A DNA stretch of 64,000 bases from Candidatus Hydrogenedentota bacterium (GTDB lineage: Bacteria; Hydrogenedentota; Hydrogenedentia; Hydrogenedentales; SLHB01): assembly GCA_963745075.1 (NCBI GenBank), contig CAVUWV010000012.1:64001-128000 (forward strand), read 5' to 3'. This document shows positions 18,234-30,000 of the stretch, one piece after another. Position 1 is the stretch's first letter. Each line of letters opens with the position of its first letter. The translations under genes were made by a program, and so were the position numbers. The notes under the pieces were generated by a model. That model worked only from the letters and a program-made list of their open reading frames with translations, was not told the DNA's origin and made no database searches.

Positions 18234-19220
18234 TCAGTGTTTCGGCAACCGCTGCAGTTCCGCCGTGAGCGCCTTCTCCATTTCCAAAGGATACCCTTGG
18301 GGATCGCGAACCTCGAATGTCTGCAAAGGAATGCCGCCCGATTCGACAATGTGTGTGAGACCAGAATCTTCCACACGCACCTGCTGACCGGCAAACCCCC
18401 ACCTTTTGCCGGTGCGCCCCGCCGCATGCAAGAATGCGGCCGTACACCACATGTTGCGGTCTTGCTTCCAGAACTTCTGCACGGCATCTTCGGGGGGCGA
18501 TTGCAGTAAATAGGCGATGGGGTCTTTCTTCGATTGCGTCAGCATGTAGAGGAAGAAGTTCTGAACGGGCGGGGCCTGTTGCGCCAGTACGGTCTCATGC
18601 CGGAACTTCCAATACGAACCATGCCGTTCGCCGAAGCACGGAACCCAATAGACCGGCAAACCGCTCCGTAAGATGCGGATATACGCCGCCGGGTCCATAT
18701 CCACGTTCCACTCATGGTCGCCGTCGCTATTCCCGGCATTCGTATAAAGGCGGGCAACCTTCGACGCGAACAATTCCGGTTCGCGGTTATAGGCGGCGGC
18801 AACGTCTCGCAGACTGCCCGTGGCGAACAACACCACGGGTACGTCCGTGTCGCGCAACACTTGCAGGATCAATTCCACTCCACCCTGCGCTTCCTGCGGC
18901 TGATCGGTAGCGGTATCGTCGACCGCTTTCAGGTTTGCGATCAAGCCGGTGGCATAGGGTGGGGTCTTTCCCGACAGGACCATCGCCTGGCGGAGCGCGC
19001 CAATGGCGGGACGACCTTTCCCACGCGAACCGGTGTCAATGACGATGCCGCGGATGTCGAACTCAGGCATTGCGAACAGGGTGAGCAAATCAAAATGGTC
19101 GTCGGGATCGTCTGGCGGATGATAGAGGTCTGAGCAGTACAGGATGGGGACGCTTCCGGCGGCCGGAAGCGTGACAAGAAGCAGAAGCGCGATACAAACC
19201 ACTCTCAACAATCGACCCAT
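18234..19220 (-). CDS. Secreted nucleoside-hydrolase-like protein (IU-NH fold)
   Basis: Signal peptide; SDLYHPPDDPDDHFD Asp-rich motif; ATGSLRDVAAA; EWNVDMDP. Confidence 0.75.
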   Translation of the reverse strand: MGRLLRVVCIALLLLVTLPAAGSVPILYCSDLYHPPDDPDDHFDLLTLFAMPEFDIRGIVIDTGSRGKGRPAIGALRQAMVLSGKTPPYATGLIANLKAVDDTATDQPQEAQGGVELILQVLRDTDVPVVLFATGSLRDVAAAYNREPELFASKVARLYTNAGNSDGDHEWNVDMDPAAYIRILRSGLPVYWVPCFGERHGSYWKFRHETVLAQQAPPVQNFFLYMLTQSKKDPIAYLLQSPPEDAVQKFWKQDRNMWCTAAFLHAAGRTGKRWGFAGQQVRVEDSGLTHIVESGGIPLQTFEVRDPQGYPLEMEKALTAELQRLPKH

Positions 19221-19470
19221 ACCAAATGACTTTGCCCGAAACCAAGACGGGCGATTTAGACGCCAGTATGGAGGCTTCACCGGGTGCATTCAAGGCCGGT
19301 AACACAATGCGCGTGCAAGACGGGATTGCCACTGGCGCCCGGCTCGCGCGCGCTTGTGACGGTGCAGGCATTTTAGCGTGACCAACAACTCGGGCGAAAT
19401 CGAACCGGCACATACATCCCATTATTCAATCTCAAGACGCCCCCTCGGTGTTTGGGCCCAGGACCGATTC

Positions 19471-19596
19471 GGGTTCACAGAGTGCGTGCGAGAATTCCTC
19501 AACAGTGAGCTTTCAGTTTTTCTCGAAAGCATTTCTCACCGCGCTCAGGGTACCGGTCGGCAAAACGTCGAATTTCGGGGCGGTGAGAAATGCGGG
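19471..19596 (+). mobile_element. MITE-like element, partial copy (right part)
   Basis: GGGTTCACAGAGTGCGTGCGAGAA..CTCGAAAGCATTTCTCACCG..CGGTGAGAAATGCGGG closely matches the copies at 14310 and 39207; the left end is not recognisable. Confidence 0.75.
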
Positions 19597-19822
19597 TGCG
19601 AACCGGCAGACGTTCGCCGGGGCGAGGGCGCGCCCGAGTTCAAGGTGGAGGCCGTGGACTGGGACGCGGAAGCGCCAGGCTGAAACCCGATGGGCCGAAA
19701 GCTTCAGGACAGTAACCGGGACGACTTACCATGAATGCGCGCATTCGAAAAACCCCAAACACGAGTTGCCATGTTTGACCTTGTAAAGTACCTGGATTTC
19801 ACAGCGCGGCACCGCCGCAACC

Positions 19823-19857
19823 AATCTCGAAATCCGAAGCACGAAATCCGAGACAAG
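19823..19857 (+). repeat. Heptamer-period repeat (AATCTCG AAATCCG AAGCACG AAATCCG AGACAAG)
   Basis: 7-bp periodicity read directly from the sequence. Confidence 0.55.
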
Positions 19858-19944
19858 TCTCAATGCTCCAGATGGAAAATGACCAAAACGGTTTTGACGG
19901 GTCCAGTCCCCCTGACAGGTTTGCATGGGCAGGGATCCATATGC

Positions 19945-20038
19945 AGCCCCGGTCGGGGCAGCCCGATGCTAGTCCGGGGTGGAGCGAAGCGGAACCGTGG
20001 GCCCGAGGCTTTCTTGCCACCAAGCCCGTATAGGGCTT
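19945..20038. repeat. REP-like GC-rich palindrome cluster
   Basis: Hairpins GCCCCG-GT-CGGGGC and AAGCCC-GTATA-GGGCTT flank GGGGTGGAGCGAAGCGGAACC. Confidence 0.45.
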
Positions 20039-20051
20039 CGACTACTCACGT

Positions 20052-21779
20052 TTACGGACCGTTTGATTCCACGTCGAGCACCAGCACTTCGGGGGCGGCG
20101 AGGCGCACGCGGATGGCGCCGTCATTGGCATCGAGTTCAACGGTTCCAACTTCGGAGGTCAGAGGTTTCAGGGTTAGTGAGTCAATCCACTGCTTCTTGT
20201 AGTCTTCGAGACGATCGGAGACGACGAATCCTGCTTCGCGGCTTTTGCCCATCTCGCGTATCGAGCCGAGACGATCCGGCCTCTCGACGAAGTCGGGGGT
20301 GAGCAAGTGGTTCTGTGCGAGCGCTTCACGAATACGATCGTGGACAGCGGTCTGCCGCGTGAGACGGACAAACCGCACGGTCGCGTTTTCGAGCTTCAAT
20401 TGCTTAAGGGGAATGGGGAACGTGACCGTTTCCTCCGCGTGTGTTGCGATGTCTGTGTTGTAGGCGGAGATCACGATCAGTGCGCTGCCTGGCTTGATCG
20501 AGCCGGCAGCGAGATACTGCGTGTTGCCGGGCGACTGTTCGATCGGCGGAAAGAGATACGCGTCGCCTTCCGCCATAGAATCCATTACGCAGAACAGCCA
20601 TGCCTGGCTGGTGAAGAGCAGGTGCAGCGCGCCGTCTCTCCCTCGGAACCGGTCCGCCACACCCCAATGCCACAAGCGATCGATCCCAACTTCGCGCAAC
20701 CGCCACATCATCTGGCACGTCAGTGCGGCCCCCAGCGCACCGGGTTCGTCGCTGGCGAAGGCGCCTTTTGTCACTTCCCCCCATGGCGCCACGCCGAATT
20801 CGTGAATCTCTCGTGAGATGCCCTTGAGTCTGGGCGCGCGTCGCTCAAATTCCTCCCATACGTCGCGGCATGCGGCCGCGTGTTGGGCCGGATCGTCGCC
20901 GGGCCGGTAGTACCGCGAGTAGGCGATCCAGTCCCAGGGGGCCTGCGATTCCTCGGCGATTGCGAACGTGTGGTTCTTCTCGTAGCCATTCACGCTGGCG
21001 CCGGAGAAATTACAGGGTCCGACCTGTGCGCCCGGAAACACGTTGTGGACTGCCGATACGGATACGTCGTAGTGCTTGATATATTCACGGTAGGTTCCGT
21101 CAAATCGTGTGCGCGAGTTGTTTTCCGTGCCGACGCGGAAACGAATATGACTCGTAGCGTCCGGGCCCAGGATGAGGGCGAGTTGGCGGCACACCGCCTC
21201 GATGAATCGCCGCCACTCCTCGGGGTCGCGCGGCGGCGAACTCTGCCCGAGGCCGGAGTTCATCGCGGGGTTCTCGGGAAAACACCAGGGCGCGTTATCC
21301 AATACGAAGGTGAAGTCCCGGTAGCCGCAGTCGAGATAGGGCTGCAACCGCGGACGCAGCAATTCCATCCGGTAACGGATCGTTCCATCTTCGTCGCGGT
21401 ATGCCAAGTCCCGCTCGCGCACCGCAAGGTTGGGCGCACCCTTGTCACTGCCGTCGCTGTATCCGCCGAGCAAGCGGACGACGCTCAGATGATCGGCAAA
21501 CGGCACTTCTTTCGGGAATGGTTTTTTCCGATACGGGAAGTCGCCCTGCTGGACGTAGTCGGGAATCTCGATTAGCCCCTGTCCTTGTTCCAAGAAGGGT
21601 CCCAGCACCGGGCTGTATCGCCAGAACGCGTCGAGTTTGCCCAAGGGTACGGGAGCGCCGGCGGATTGCTCCGGCTCCGTAGCGACCGCGGCCTGCGAGA
21701 GCGTCGCGCAGCAAATGACCAGGATTCCCACAAACAGCGCAGGGGCCGACTCTCCCTTTACAAGGGAAGCGCGCGTCAT
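20052..21779 (-). CDS. GH39-like (clan GH-A) secreted glycoside hydrolase
   Basis: Signal peptide; PPRDPEEWRRFI; candidate acid/base FRVGTEN and nucleophile IHEFG. Confidence 0.7.
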   Translation of the reverse strand: MTRASLVKGESAPALFVGILVICCATLSQAAVATEPEQSAGAPVPLGKLDAFWRYSPVLGPFLEQGQGLIEIPDYVQQGDFPYRKKPFPKEVPFADHLSVVRLLGGYSDGSDKGAPNLAVRERDLAYRDEDGTIRYRMELLRPRLQPYLDCGYRDFTFVLDNAPWCFPENPAMNSGLGQSSPPRDPEEWRRFIEAVCRQLALILGPDATSHIRFRVGTENNSRTRFDGTYREYIKHYDVSVSAVHNVFPGAQVGPCNFSGASVNGYEKNHTFAIAEESQAPWDWIAYSRYYRPGDDPAQHAAACRDVWEEFERRAPRLKGISREIHEFGVAPWGEVTKGAFASDEPGALGAALTCQMMWRLREVGIDRLWHWGVADRFRGRDGALHLLFTSQAWLFCVMDSMAEGDAYLFPPIEQSPGNTQYLAAGSIKPGSALIVISAYNTDIATHAEETVTFPIPLKQLKLENATVRFVRLTRQTAVHDRIREALAQNHLLTPDFVERPDRLGSIREMGKSREAGFVVSDRLEDYKKQWIDSLTLKPLTSEVGTVELDANDGAIRVRLAAPEVLVLDVESNGP

Positions 21780-21821
21780 CGTAAGTCTCTCCTTACGGTC
21801 TTTCGCGGGACTCGAAATGGG

Positions 21822-23370
21822 CTAAAGCGCTTTCTCGTCCGCTTCCTTAAGTTTCGTGTCATCAACCCCATTTACGTCGTGGACAGCGATGTTGCTTACG
21901 TCTTTTAGGATGAACTGCGGGACATTCTCCCCCTTTTGTGCGTCGATTTGATAGAAGGTCGCATCGTGAACGTCATCCAAGACGAATGCCGGACGCGCGT
22001 CCGTATTCACGTAGCGTAAGACCACGTTGCTCACCCGCAATCCCTTCACATACCGGAAATACATCCCATAAGCCGGCATTGTCTTCCATCGATACGGATC
22101 GGGGTACATGTCGACGTTTTGCGGGATCTCTGCGTCTATCGCATCTTTCGAACCGCCCCCGCGGTAATAGATTCGGATGTTGCTCAACGTTAAGTCTTCG
22201 ATATAGTGTCCGGGAATGCCCATCACCATTCCGGCGCCCAATCCCGGCGCCATGGGGCGTCCACCCACATCGTACACGTTCAGGTTGCTGATGGTGATGC
22301 GTTTGCAGGTGCCGACCGGAGTGCCCTCGGGACCGCGCATCCGCGCATTCAGCCGGATGAAGAACGGCGTGTCCGTTACATCGCGCATGGTGATGTTGTC
22401 GAACACAATATCTTCAATTGCGCCGCCGTCCGCCGTTTCGATGCAGAGTCCCCGCGAACGTTCGAAAACGCAATTGGAAACGGCGATGTTCTTGAAGCCT
22501 CCGTTCGATTCCGTTCCCAACTTCAGTCGGCCGGTGATGCAGTGGTTCGCGCCCGGTGTTTCGTCTTTGAATTCGGTCTTGAAGGTGCCGTCCATCAAGG
22601 AACCGTGGTCGTAGCCAAACACCTGGCAGTTCGTAATCGTCACGTTCTCCGTAGCACGGGCGGAACCTAAAGCAAAGGAAGACTTCAGACAAATTCCATC
22701 GTCGGTAGGCGAGTTCACGATGCAGTTCGAGATAAGAACGTTCTTGCAGCAGTCGATATCGAATCCGTCGCGGTCCGCATCGACGCGCACATTGTCGATG
22801 GTCAAATTGTCGACTCCCGTGGCCAGGATACAGAAGTGACCCCCGTGGAGAATCGAAATGTCGCGAACCGTCACGTTATGACAGCTCTTCAGCGCGATTG
22901 CCTTGTTTCCCGATCCTTTGATGTCCGGTTTATCGTATGTTTTCAGTCCTTTTCCCCAAATCATTCCATTGCCAACGATCGCAATGTCGTGCAGGCCGTC
23001 ACCGTAGATCAGGCTGTTGTTCCAGTAGCTGTGCCCAAAATCCTGAAACTTTTTGTACCAGACCGGTTCGTCGGGGCACGTCATATCCCACCCCGTCCAC
23101 TTCTTCATCACCAATCAATACCGCTCCCTGGTCGAGAAACAACGTAATGTCGTTCTGCAGGTGAATCGTATAGGAAAGAAAATCACCAGCAGGAAAGTAG
23201 ACCGTTCCCCCTCCGTCTTTTGCGGCGGCATCGATTGCGGCATTGATGGCTTTCGTATTGTTGGTGTTGCCGTCTCCCTTCGCGCCGTAATCGAGCACAT
23301 TGTAGAACATCGCCTGTGCGGAGCTGGATGCCGCAATCAGGCAGAACGCAAGCAATGCTGTTTTTCTCAT
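21822..23370 (-). CDS. GH28 family (polygalacturonase/rhamnogalacturonase-like) beta-helix protein; one frameshift at about 23073-23076
   Basis: YNVLDYGAKGDG, GGGTVYFPAG, QDFGHSYW, DRDGFDID, DDGICLKS and LKLGTES motifs; removing one base from the G4 run joins the two ORFs (GYDVP|DEPVW). Confidence 0.85.
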
Positions 23371-23490
23371 CTGATTCTCCATCGACAGGTGACTCTCTAC
23401 GCTGCACAAGTTCGTTTCATTATTTGTCTACTTGGCGAGGAATTGACGCGCTTCGGGCGAGCCAACAACCGTAGCTTCCAAGAAAGCGGG

Positions 23491-25605
23491 CTACTCTTTT
23501 CCCACATCGAAGAGTGCGGTAAGCGTTGTGTCTTTAGTTACATCCACCTCGATGCTCGGCGAACTGCCGCGGTCCTGCCACTCGCGGAAGTGGAATTTCT
23601 TGCCCTCGCTCGGCTTGGTGGGGTTGGACGGATCCATGAACTGGCCGAGCCGTTCGCCGGAACCGTAGCCCTTCGGCGTCTTCATGTCGGCGGGAACCAC
23701 GTCGACGATCTCGATCGTATGGTTGCCCGGCTTGTCGAAGACGATACTGAACTGACCGAAGTTCGGACCCAGCGTGTACTCCGTCGTCCAATGCCCACTG
23801 TGGGTCCAATAGTCGAACCCGTCGACCCGAAAGCGCACCTCGCCAAGAGCCGGTGATGTTACGACCGTTAGCCTGGGTCCGCTCGAGCTCAAGTCATTCG
23901 TGCCGTCCGGCGTAAAGAGATAGACCCGTCCCGAATACGCGGGGATTTCCAGCGTTCCGGTTTCGGAGAGATCAAGGGGACGGCCATGACGGTCGGCCTC
24001 TTCGAAACCGCCGTTCAAGGCACGTTCCGCGCCACGCTCTTCGCGCAAGGAGACGTCGTCAAACCAGGCGGAGCCTGTCTTGTTTCGGAAAAGCGCGAGC
24101 AGGTTTAAGGACTTAATCGGTTTTTCGGGATGTATCGTGACCGTTTCGTATTCAAAATCGTGCGTCCCCACATTGAACGGCGCGACTTGACCATAGAGCC
24201 AGGTTCCGTCGTTATATTGGGCGTCCACATATAGCGCGTAATCGCTGTCCCGGCTTCCGTCCACGTTCTCCGCCTTGCTCCAGCCACTCACTACTACCGG
24301 CGCGGGTCTCTTCTGATTCAACGCGATCGTTTGGATCACGCCGCCCGATTGCCCCGCCGTGGTGTTCGTGCAGGCCACGCTGCGATTGCCCCCGTGCGTC
24401 GTGCTGGTGTCCACGTGGTAGTTGCCCTGTCCATACGGCCCCCAGTCGGCCAGCGCCGTGCCAAACAGATCGAACAATCGCTGCGTGGGAATGGGGGGCG
24501 CCAGGGTAATCGATGCCGCTCTTTCCTTGTCGGGATTGACCGCTACCATTCCGGCTTCGAACACGCGATAGTGCACGCCGTTCTCTTCCAATTCGTCCGT
24601 AAGCGGAGCGCCGAGGCGTAATCGGTACAAGTCTGCGGTATCCGGGTTGGCCAGGGAAGTGCCGCCGTTCCAGACAAATCCGGCGAGGCGCGCACTCGCG
24701 TAACAGAAGAACGCGTCTTCCCGCACGCCGTACGTCGTGTGACCCAGGTAACTGAGCGCCTGGATTTGTTTGCCGGCCTTCACGTAGGGCTGGAGATCCT
24801 TGCCGGCCTTGTTCCAGTGCGTGGTCCAGTCGAACCACCGGTCCGTGCTGACCCACGTGCAGATATACGATTCGAGCATCTCCGCGTCGAGATAGGGCCA
24901 GAACTCATGCGGCAACGTCGTGGGTGAGGCGCTGTTACCGAGCACGGCGCCGTCGGGCTTGTACTCCTTCACGAGTTCGCGCACGCGCTTCAGCAACATG
25001 GCGAAGGCCTGGTTCTGATCGCCGTAGATGTGCTGATGCTTGCCAAACTCCGGACCAAAGCAGGGCGCTCGCGACGACAGATTGTCGACGAATACCCCAT
25101 CTGCGCCCAGTTCCATGATCTTGCGCACCCACGCGACCATCGCATCCTGGTATGCCTGGACGTTGGGGCAGGTCGTATACATGTTCTTCGCGTCTTCAGA
25201 CTCCCAGAACCCCGTGCGCTTCAGATTTCCGTCCTGATCGACCTCGATGAAGTCGGGGTGATCCTTGAGGTTGATCCCCATATAGGTCTGATTCGCGAAG
25301 CCTTGGTAGAAGGTGACATAGGGAAAGCAACGAATACCCAAGGCGTGACACCGCTGGAAGTAGTCGCGATTGATGGGGCAATGGGTGATGAACGCAACCT
25401 TGGATTGGGCCAGCGCGTCCCAATCATTGGGATGGAAGCCGAAGGCGTAGGTTTCCGAATTGACCAGCCAGTCTGGCGCGGATTCGCCGATACCCAATTG
25501 TTGCGCCTGCGCCGTGCGCGCTTTCCACGCGTCCGAAGGCTCGCCCGCGCCCGCGACGCACGCGGCGATGAGTACCAGCACCAACGTTGTGCACCTGTTC
25601 ACCAC
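23491..25605 (-). CDS. Secreted putative glycoside hydrolase (TIM-barrel) with a CBM4/9-like domain
   Basis: GTG start with AGGGAG RBS; signal peptide; GADGVFVDN; galactose-binding-like domain (VSGWSKAENV..AWFDDVSL). Confidence 0.65.
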   Translation of the reverse strand: MVNRCTTLVLVLIAACVAGAGEPSDAWKARTAQAQQLGIGESAPDWLVNSETYAFGFHPNDWDALAQSKVAFITHCPINRDYFQRCHALGIRCFPYVTFYQGFANQTYMGINLKDHPDFIEVDQDGNLKRTGFWESEDAKNMYTTCPNVQAYQDAMVAWVRKIMELGADGVFVDNLSSRAPCFGPEFGKHQHIYGDQNQAFAMLLKRVRELVKEYKPDGAVLGNSASPTTLPHEFWPYLDAEMLESYICTWVSTDRWFDWTTHWNKAGKDLQPYVKAGKQIQALSYLGHTTYGVREDAFFCYASARLAGFVWNGGTSLANPDTADLYRLRLGAPLTDELEENGVHYRVFEAGMVAVNPDKERAASITLAPPIPTQRLFDLFGTALADWGPYGQGNYHVDTSTTHGGNRSVACTNTTAGQSGGVIQTIALNQKRPAPVVVSGWSKAENVDGSRDSDYALYVDAQYNDGTWLYGQVAPFNVGTHDFEYETVTIHPEKPIKSLNLLALFRNKTGSAWFDDVSLREERGAERALNGGFEEADRHGRPLDLSETGTLEIPAYSGRVYLFTPDGTNDLSSSGPRLTVVTSPALGEVRFRVDGFDYWTHSGHWTTEYTLGPNFGQFSIVFDKPGNHTIEIVDVVPADMKTPKGYGSGERLGQFMDPSNPTKPSEGKKFHFREWQDRGSSPSIEVDVTKDTTLTALFDVGKE

Positions 25606-25800
25606 TCGTATCTCCCTTATTGTATTGCTCGGTCGTATTGGGGTTCTCGCAGGATCTTGGCCGGCCGCCGCGCATTCACAGAGTACCATAGCGGACGCGC
25701 TTGATTGCTCGAAGACATTGCCGGCGCCGGCTATACGGACGGCTCGGCCCCGCTGGCGACGCGATCCGGCGTTGAGAATCGACGCCGGCTTGAGGCGTTT

Positions 25801-27030
25801 CTATGCTCCGTCGCGGACCGCGTCAAGCATGGCGATGATGTTTTCGGGAGGCACGTGGGCCAGGATGTTGTGGACCTGTTGAAACACAAATCCGCCCCCC
25901 GGACGCAGGATACGCACGTGGTCCTTCACGTGTTCGCGAACTTGTTCGGGCGTGCCTTGCGGCAGGATGATCTGCGTGTCGCACCCGCCGCCCCAAAAGA
26001 CGAGATCGTGCCCGAAGTCTTTCTTCAATGAGCTTGGTTCCATGCCTCGGCACGTGATTTGAACCGGGTTCGTCGCGTCCAGGCCCGCTTCAATGAGATC
26101 GGGCATCAGTTCGCGGAACCCGCCACAGCAATGCAGCATAACTTTGACGTCGGCGAGTTCCTTGGCTCGGGTCCACATACGCTTGTGGTGCGGCTTAAAA
26201 AGTTCCCGGTACATATCGGGTGATATTTGCGGACCCGATTGCATGCCGAGGTCGTCGCCGAACAGGATTACGTCGATGTACGCGCCGACTGTGTTCAGGT
26301 AGTGTTCGAGGTTCTTTACGTGAATGTCGGTAAGTCGTTCGAGAAATCGGTGCACCACGTCGGGCCGTTCGGCAAGCAACATGAGGAACAGGTCGTTCCT
26401 CCAGAAGAACTGGCCCATTTCGAGGAGGTTCCCCCCGAAAAGACCGATGATCGCACGATCGCTAGTTTCGCGGAGTCTACGTGCGCCGTCGGCAAATCGC
26501 TTGTCTCCGTCGGGCCCGGCAATCAGCGGGCCGGGCGGCGACGCGACGGAGCACCACATGTTTTCGTCCATGGCTTCGAGAATGCTGTCGGGGTTGAGCC
26601 CTTCGGCGAAGGGATAGTACGTCTGCTCGAAGTAAAGTGCGCCGTCCGGCATGGCGGCGATGACGCGACCGGACGATGACCGCAGCACCCAGCGTCCCTG
26701 CTCCCGTTCCGGCAGGGCCCAGACCGGCATCTGGCACGGGCTTCCGTCTGGCAGCGTCCAGTCCGCCCAGTCCTTATCGTCGGTGGCAAAGGCCCGGCCC
26801 AGCTCAATGGTGTCTATGCCGAAACGATCCAGCACATCTTCATGGACCACGGCCAATTGCTGGACTGGATCGTAGACCCGCACCGGTTTCGGCGGCAGGC
26901 CCAGTGCCCCGCGCAACTTGGGATAAGCGATTGCCGAAATACCGGACGATCGGTGGCCGGACAAATCGATAGGAACGCGATCCGGTTCCTTGTGATTCAG
27001 TGCGGCGAGTACTCGTTCACGCGATGTCAT
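25801..27030 (-). CDS. Uroporphyrinogen decarboxylase family / MtaA-CmuA-like methyltransferase
   Basis: MTSRERVLAALNHKEPDRVPID, FGDDLG.Q, HCCG, NPVQ, FWGGGCDTQ and GGGFVF..VHNI motifs. Confidence 0.85.
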   Translation of the reverse strand: MTSRERVLAALNHKEPDRVPIDLSGHRSSGISAIAYPKLRGALGLPPKPVRVYDPVQQLAVVHEDVLDRFGIDTIELGRAFATDDKDWADWTLPDGSPCQMPVWALPEREQGRWVLRSSSGRVIAAMPDGALYFEQTYYPFAEGLNPDSILEAMDENMWCSVASPPGPLIAGPDGDKRFADGARRLRETSDRAIIGLFGGNLLEMGQFFWRNDLFLMLLAERPDVVHRFLERLTDIHVKNLEHYLNTVGAYIDVILFGDDLGMQSGPQISPDMYRELFKPHHKRMWTRAKELADVKVMLHCCGGFRELMPDLIEAGLDATNPVQITCRGMEPSSLKKDFGHDLVFWGGGCDTQIILPQGTPEQVREHVKDHVRILRPGGGFVFQQVHNILAHVPPENIIAMLDAVRDGA

Positions 27031-27042
27031 GGCGCCTTCTTC

Positions 27043-30000
27043 CTACTCCAGCCCGGCCAGGTACAGGGTGGCGATACCATATGCGGGCAGCGTTACCGTG
27101 TCTTCAATTCGTTCCAGTTTGTCTTCGTTCAAGTTGCTCATGAATGCCTGTACCGGTCGCCCGTCACCACGGGCAATGCGTGCGGTTTCAGGACGGCCCG
27201 AAGTCGCGAACAGCCGGACCACCCAGCCTTTACCATCGTCGCTGGGTTTCAACGCCGTTACGACGACCCCTTCCGGTTCGACATGGAGGAGCGAGGTCGG
27301 CTGGCGCTCGCCGGGATCCACGGGGACCGCAAGCAAGGGCTGGCTTCGTTCCACACCAAAGCGGTAGGCCGAGGCCGCGTCGAAGCGTCCGTGAGGCCGT
27401 ATCGCGTATCTAAACGTTGTCGGCCCTTCCTGGCCCGCCTTGTAGTTTGTCTCCCAGTAGTTGTTCATCACGTACGAGTAGAACGTTTGCGATGGGGCAA
27501 TATGATCGATCCAGCCGACGGTTCGGGCGTCGGTTGTGATGGCGCCGATCTCGATCAACGGCGCATCGACCGTCGCCCACGTCACGCCGCGATCCTGATT
27601 GGCGATATCCACCCAACGCTGGACCGTGAAGTAGTTCTTGCAGGACCCCGGCAATTGATCGCACTCGGGACGAATCACGGCCCAAGGGATATTCATCCGG
27701 AGCACGCCATCCGGAACATTGAAGGCGAACGCGAGGTGCACTCGCTTCAGGATCGTAGATGTTTTCCTTGTCGAGGGTCGTCGAAAGATCCACATGGTCG
27801 AGGCCCGCGACGACGCGGAGTTCCCGCGTCAATCCGCGACAGCCCGGCGCGTCCGACGTCACTTCGAGCGCCGCCACGAGCGGGCCCGATTCCTTCACGG
27901 CGATCTTCGCCGGACCATTGCGTTGCGCCGTCTTCGGGTCCCGTCCGGCGACGTAGAAGTAGTCGTTGAGTCCCAGTCCGTTGGCGCCGTCCACGAGATT
28001 GACCGGTGAGCCTTCGCACGCGAGCGATGCGATCGCCCCGGTGGTTTCGTCTACGGTAAGCGTGACGGCGCCGTTCGAAAGGCTCGGTCCGTTTGCCTCC
28101 GCGCGCCCGGCGATAAAGGGCTCTCCGGATTGGAATCGAAATCGCGCGGCACCCAGAGGCGGTACGTCTTTGGCCAGGAACACGAGCGCTCCGGACGCCA
28201 GCCGTTGCGACGGCACGGGATTGCCGCCTTCATCGGTTACCCGGTCTCCGGCCACGGTCCATTCGACAGGGCACTTCCACCAGGTCGGTGCGCGGCCATG
28301 ATGCCGTGTTGTACACGTCAATCGCGTTGATTGTCCCGAAGGTTCTTGCGCGTCCAACGCTTCCGCCAGCAAGTCACGTGACTGCCGTTCGGCTTCGAGG
28401 GCGAAGGCCTGTTTGATCCGCCACTGGTTGAGCGCGAAATCGCTTTCCGGCTCGGTGATGCTGTTGTGCGCGCCCCAGGTGTGCTCGTCGTACAGCAGGG
28501 CCTCGCGCCAGGCCGCGTTGAATTTGCCGGCCGGATAGTTTTGCACACCGCGCATCGCCCAGAGGGTTTGGGCCTGGACCAGACGTTCCGCTGCCGCGCG
28601 ATTGATCGAGGTCTCACGCGCCGACGACGCCGCGCCGTCTTCCCAGTACGGCGTAAAGTCGCCGCTGACTGATGGAATCTGGTCGCGATAGCGCTCCTCG
28701 AATGCGTGAAACATCTCGCTGTCGGTGGTAATCACGAGCCGGGGGAAAGGTAGCGTTCATTCCAATCCTTCACGAAGTCGCAAATGCCCGGATCGGGAGG
28801 CCCGTTGTCGCCGCCGATGTTGTAGCGGACCTGCACCATGTCGTAGGGGTAACCCTTGGCGTCCAGATCGTCGAGGTACTCGAGCAGCGCCGTCCCGTCC
28901 CGGAGCGGTCCGCGGTGGAACCAGGAATAGCCGTGACCGGCCATCCAGCACAAGACCTTCTGGTTTTCCGAAGGCGATACCCAGTAGAAGGGCCGGTCGC
29001 CCCACGCCGACAAGGTCGATCCGATGCGGTGCCCGTAGTTCGGTCCGATGGAGAAATACTTCACGCCGCTCAGCGCGAAGGCGGGCACGATGCCCCAGGT
29101 GTATCCGGGGACATCGGTGATCATGGCGGAGTCAATCGTGAGGTCATACTGCTGAGCGAGACGCCGCGCGCATCCGGTCAGTTCGCAGGAGTTCCTCGGG
29201 ACGGCACAGCGCGGTGAGTTCGTTGCCGTATAACGCGTCCAGGCCAATCCAGCCCTTCTTCACCGCCGCGACGAACCGCTCGCGGGTATCCGCATCGGCT
29301 TTGGCGAGGTAGCTGTCCACGGCCCACAGGCCTTCCGGGCTCCACTTGAATTGCGCCCCGGCGGGGTAGTCGGCCGTTTTCTTCGCAAGATCGATGGCCT
29401 GATCGATGAACTCCCACTGCCGGGCTTCGACCTCCGTTTGCACGTGGGTGTAGCCGATGTCGAGATGCGTATGGTGCAGGAGGTATACGACCCATTCGCG
29501 GACCGGCTGGACCACGACCTCCCGATCCGCCAGCACTGCGCCGTTGGATTCCAGTTTGACGGCGACGTTGGTCTCCTTCTCCACGGCGGGTGTCTCGTAC
29601 TCGATAGACTGCTGGCCCTGGACGATCTGGACCGGAACCGGATCCCCGCCGCCGACGGCTAACGTCGCATCGATCGGGTCGCCGATATGTTGAATGTGCA
29701 CGTCGACAGGCTGGTACTTTTCGCCCTGTCGCTCGAACAAGACGCCTCGCGTGCTCACAGAATCTACCATCGTCTCCGCAGTCAACCCGCCGAGAGACAT
29801 ACCGGAGGGGGTCTCCAACGCGAGCGCGTCGTACAGCATCCAGCTTCCGGCAATCGCTGTGATGGCGATGGCGTTGTTGCCTTGCTTCAGTTCCGCCGCG
29901 GGAAAGACCACTGTAAAACGATGTTCCTTCCCCGCGGAGGCGTTGCCGCGGATGGACTCATCGGACGCGCCGCGCGGGGTGCTGTGCTCGTAGGAGTGGC

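Noticed and set aside
18171..18487. N-terminal part of the 350-aa ORF 17435..18487
   Set aside because: It overlaps the nucleoside-hydrolase gene in another frame and shows no PhoD similarity; only the C-terminal part is a real remnant.
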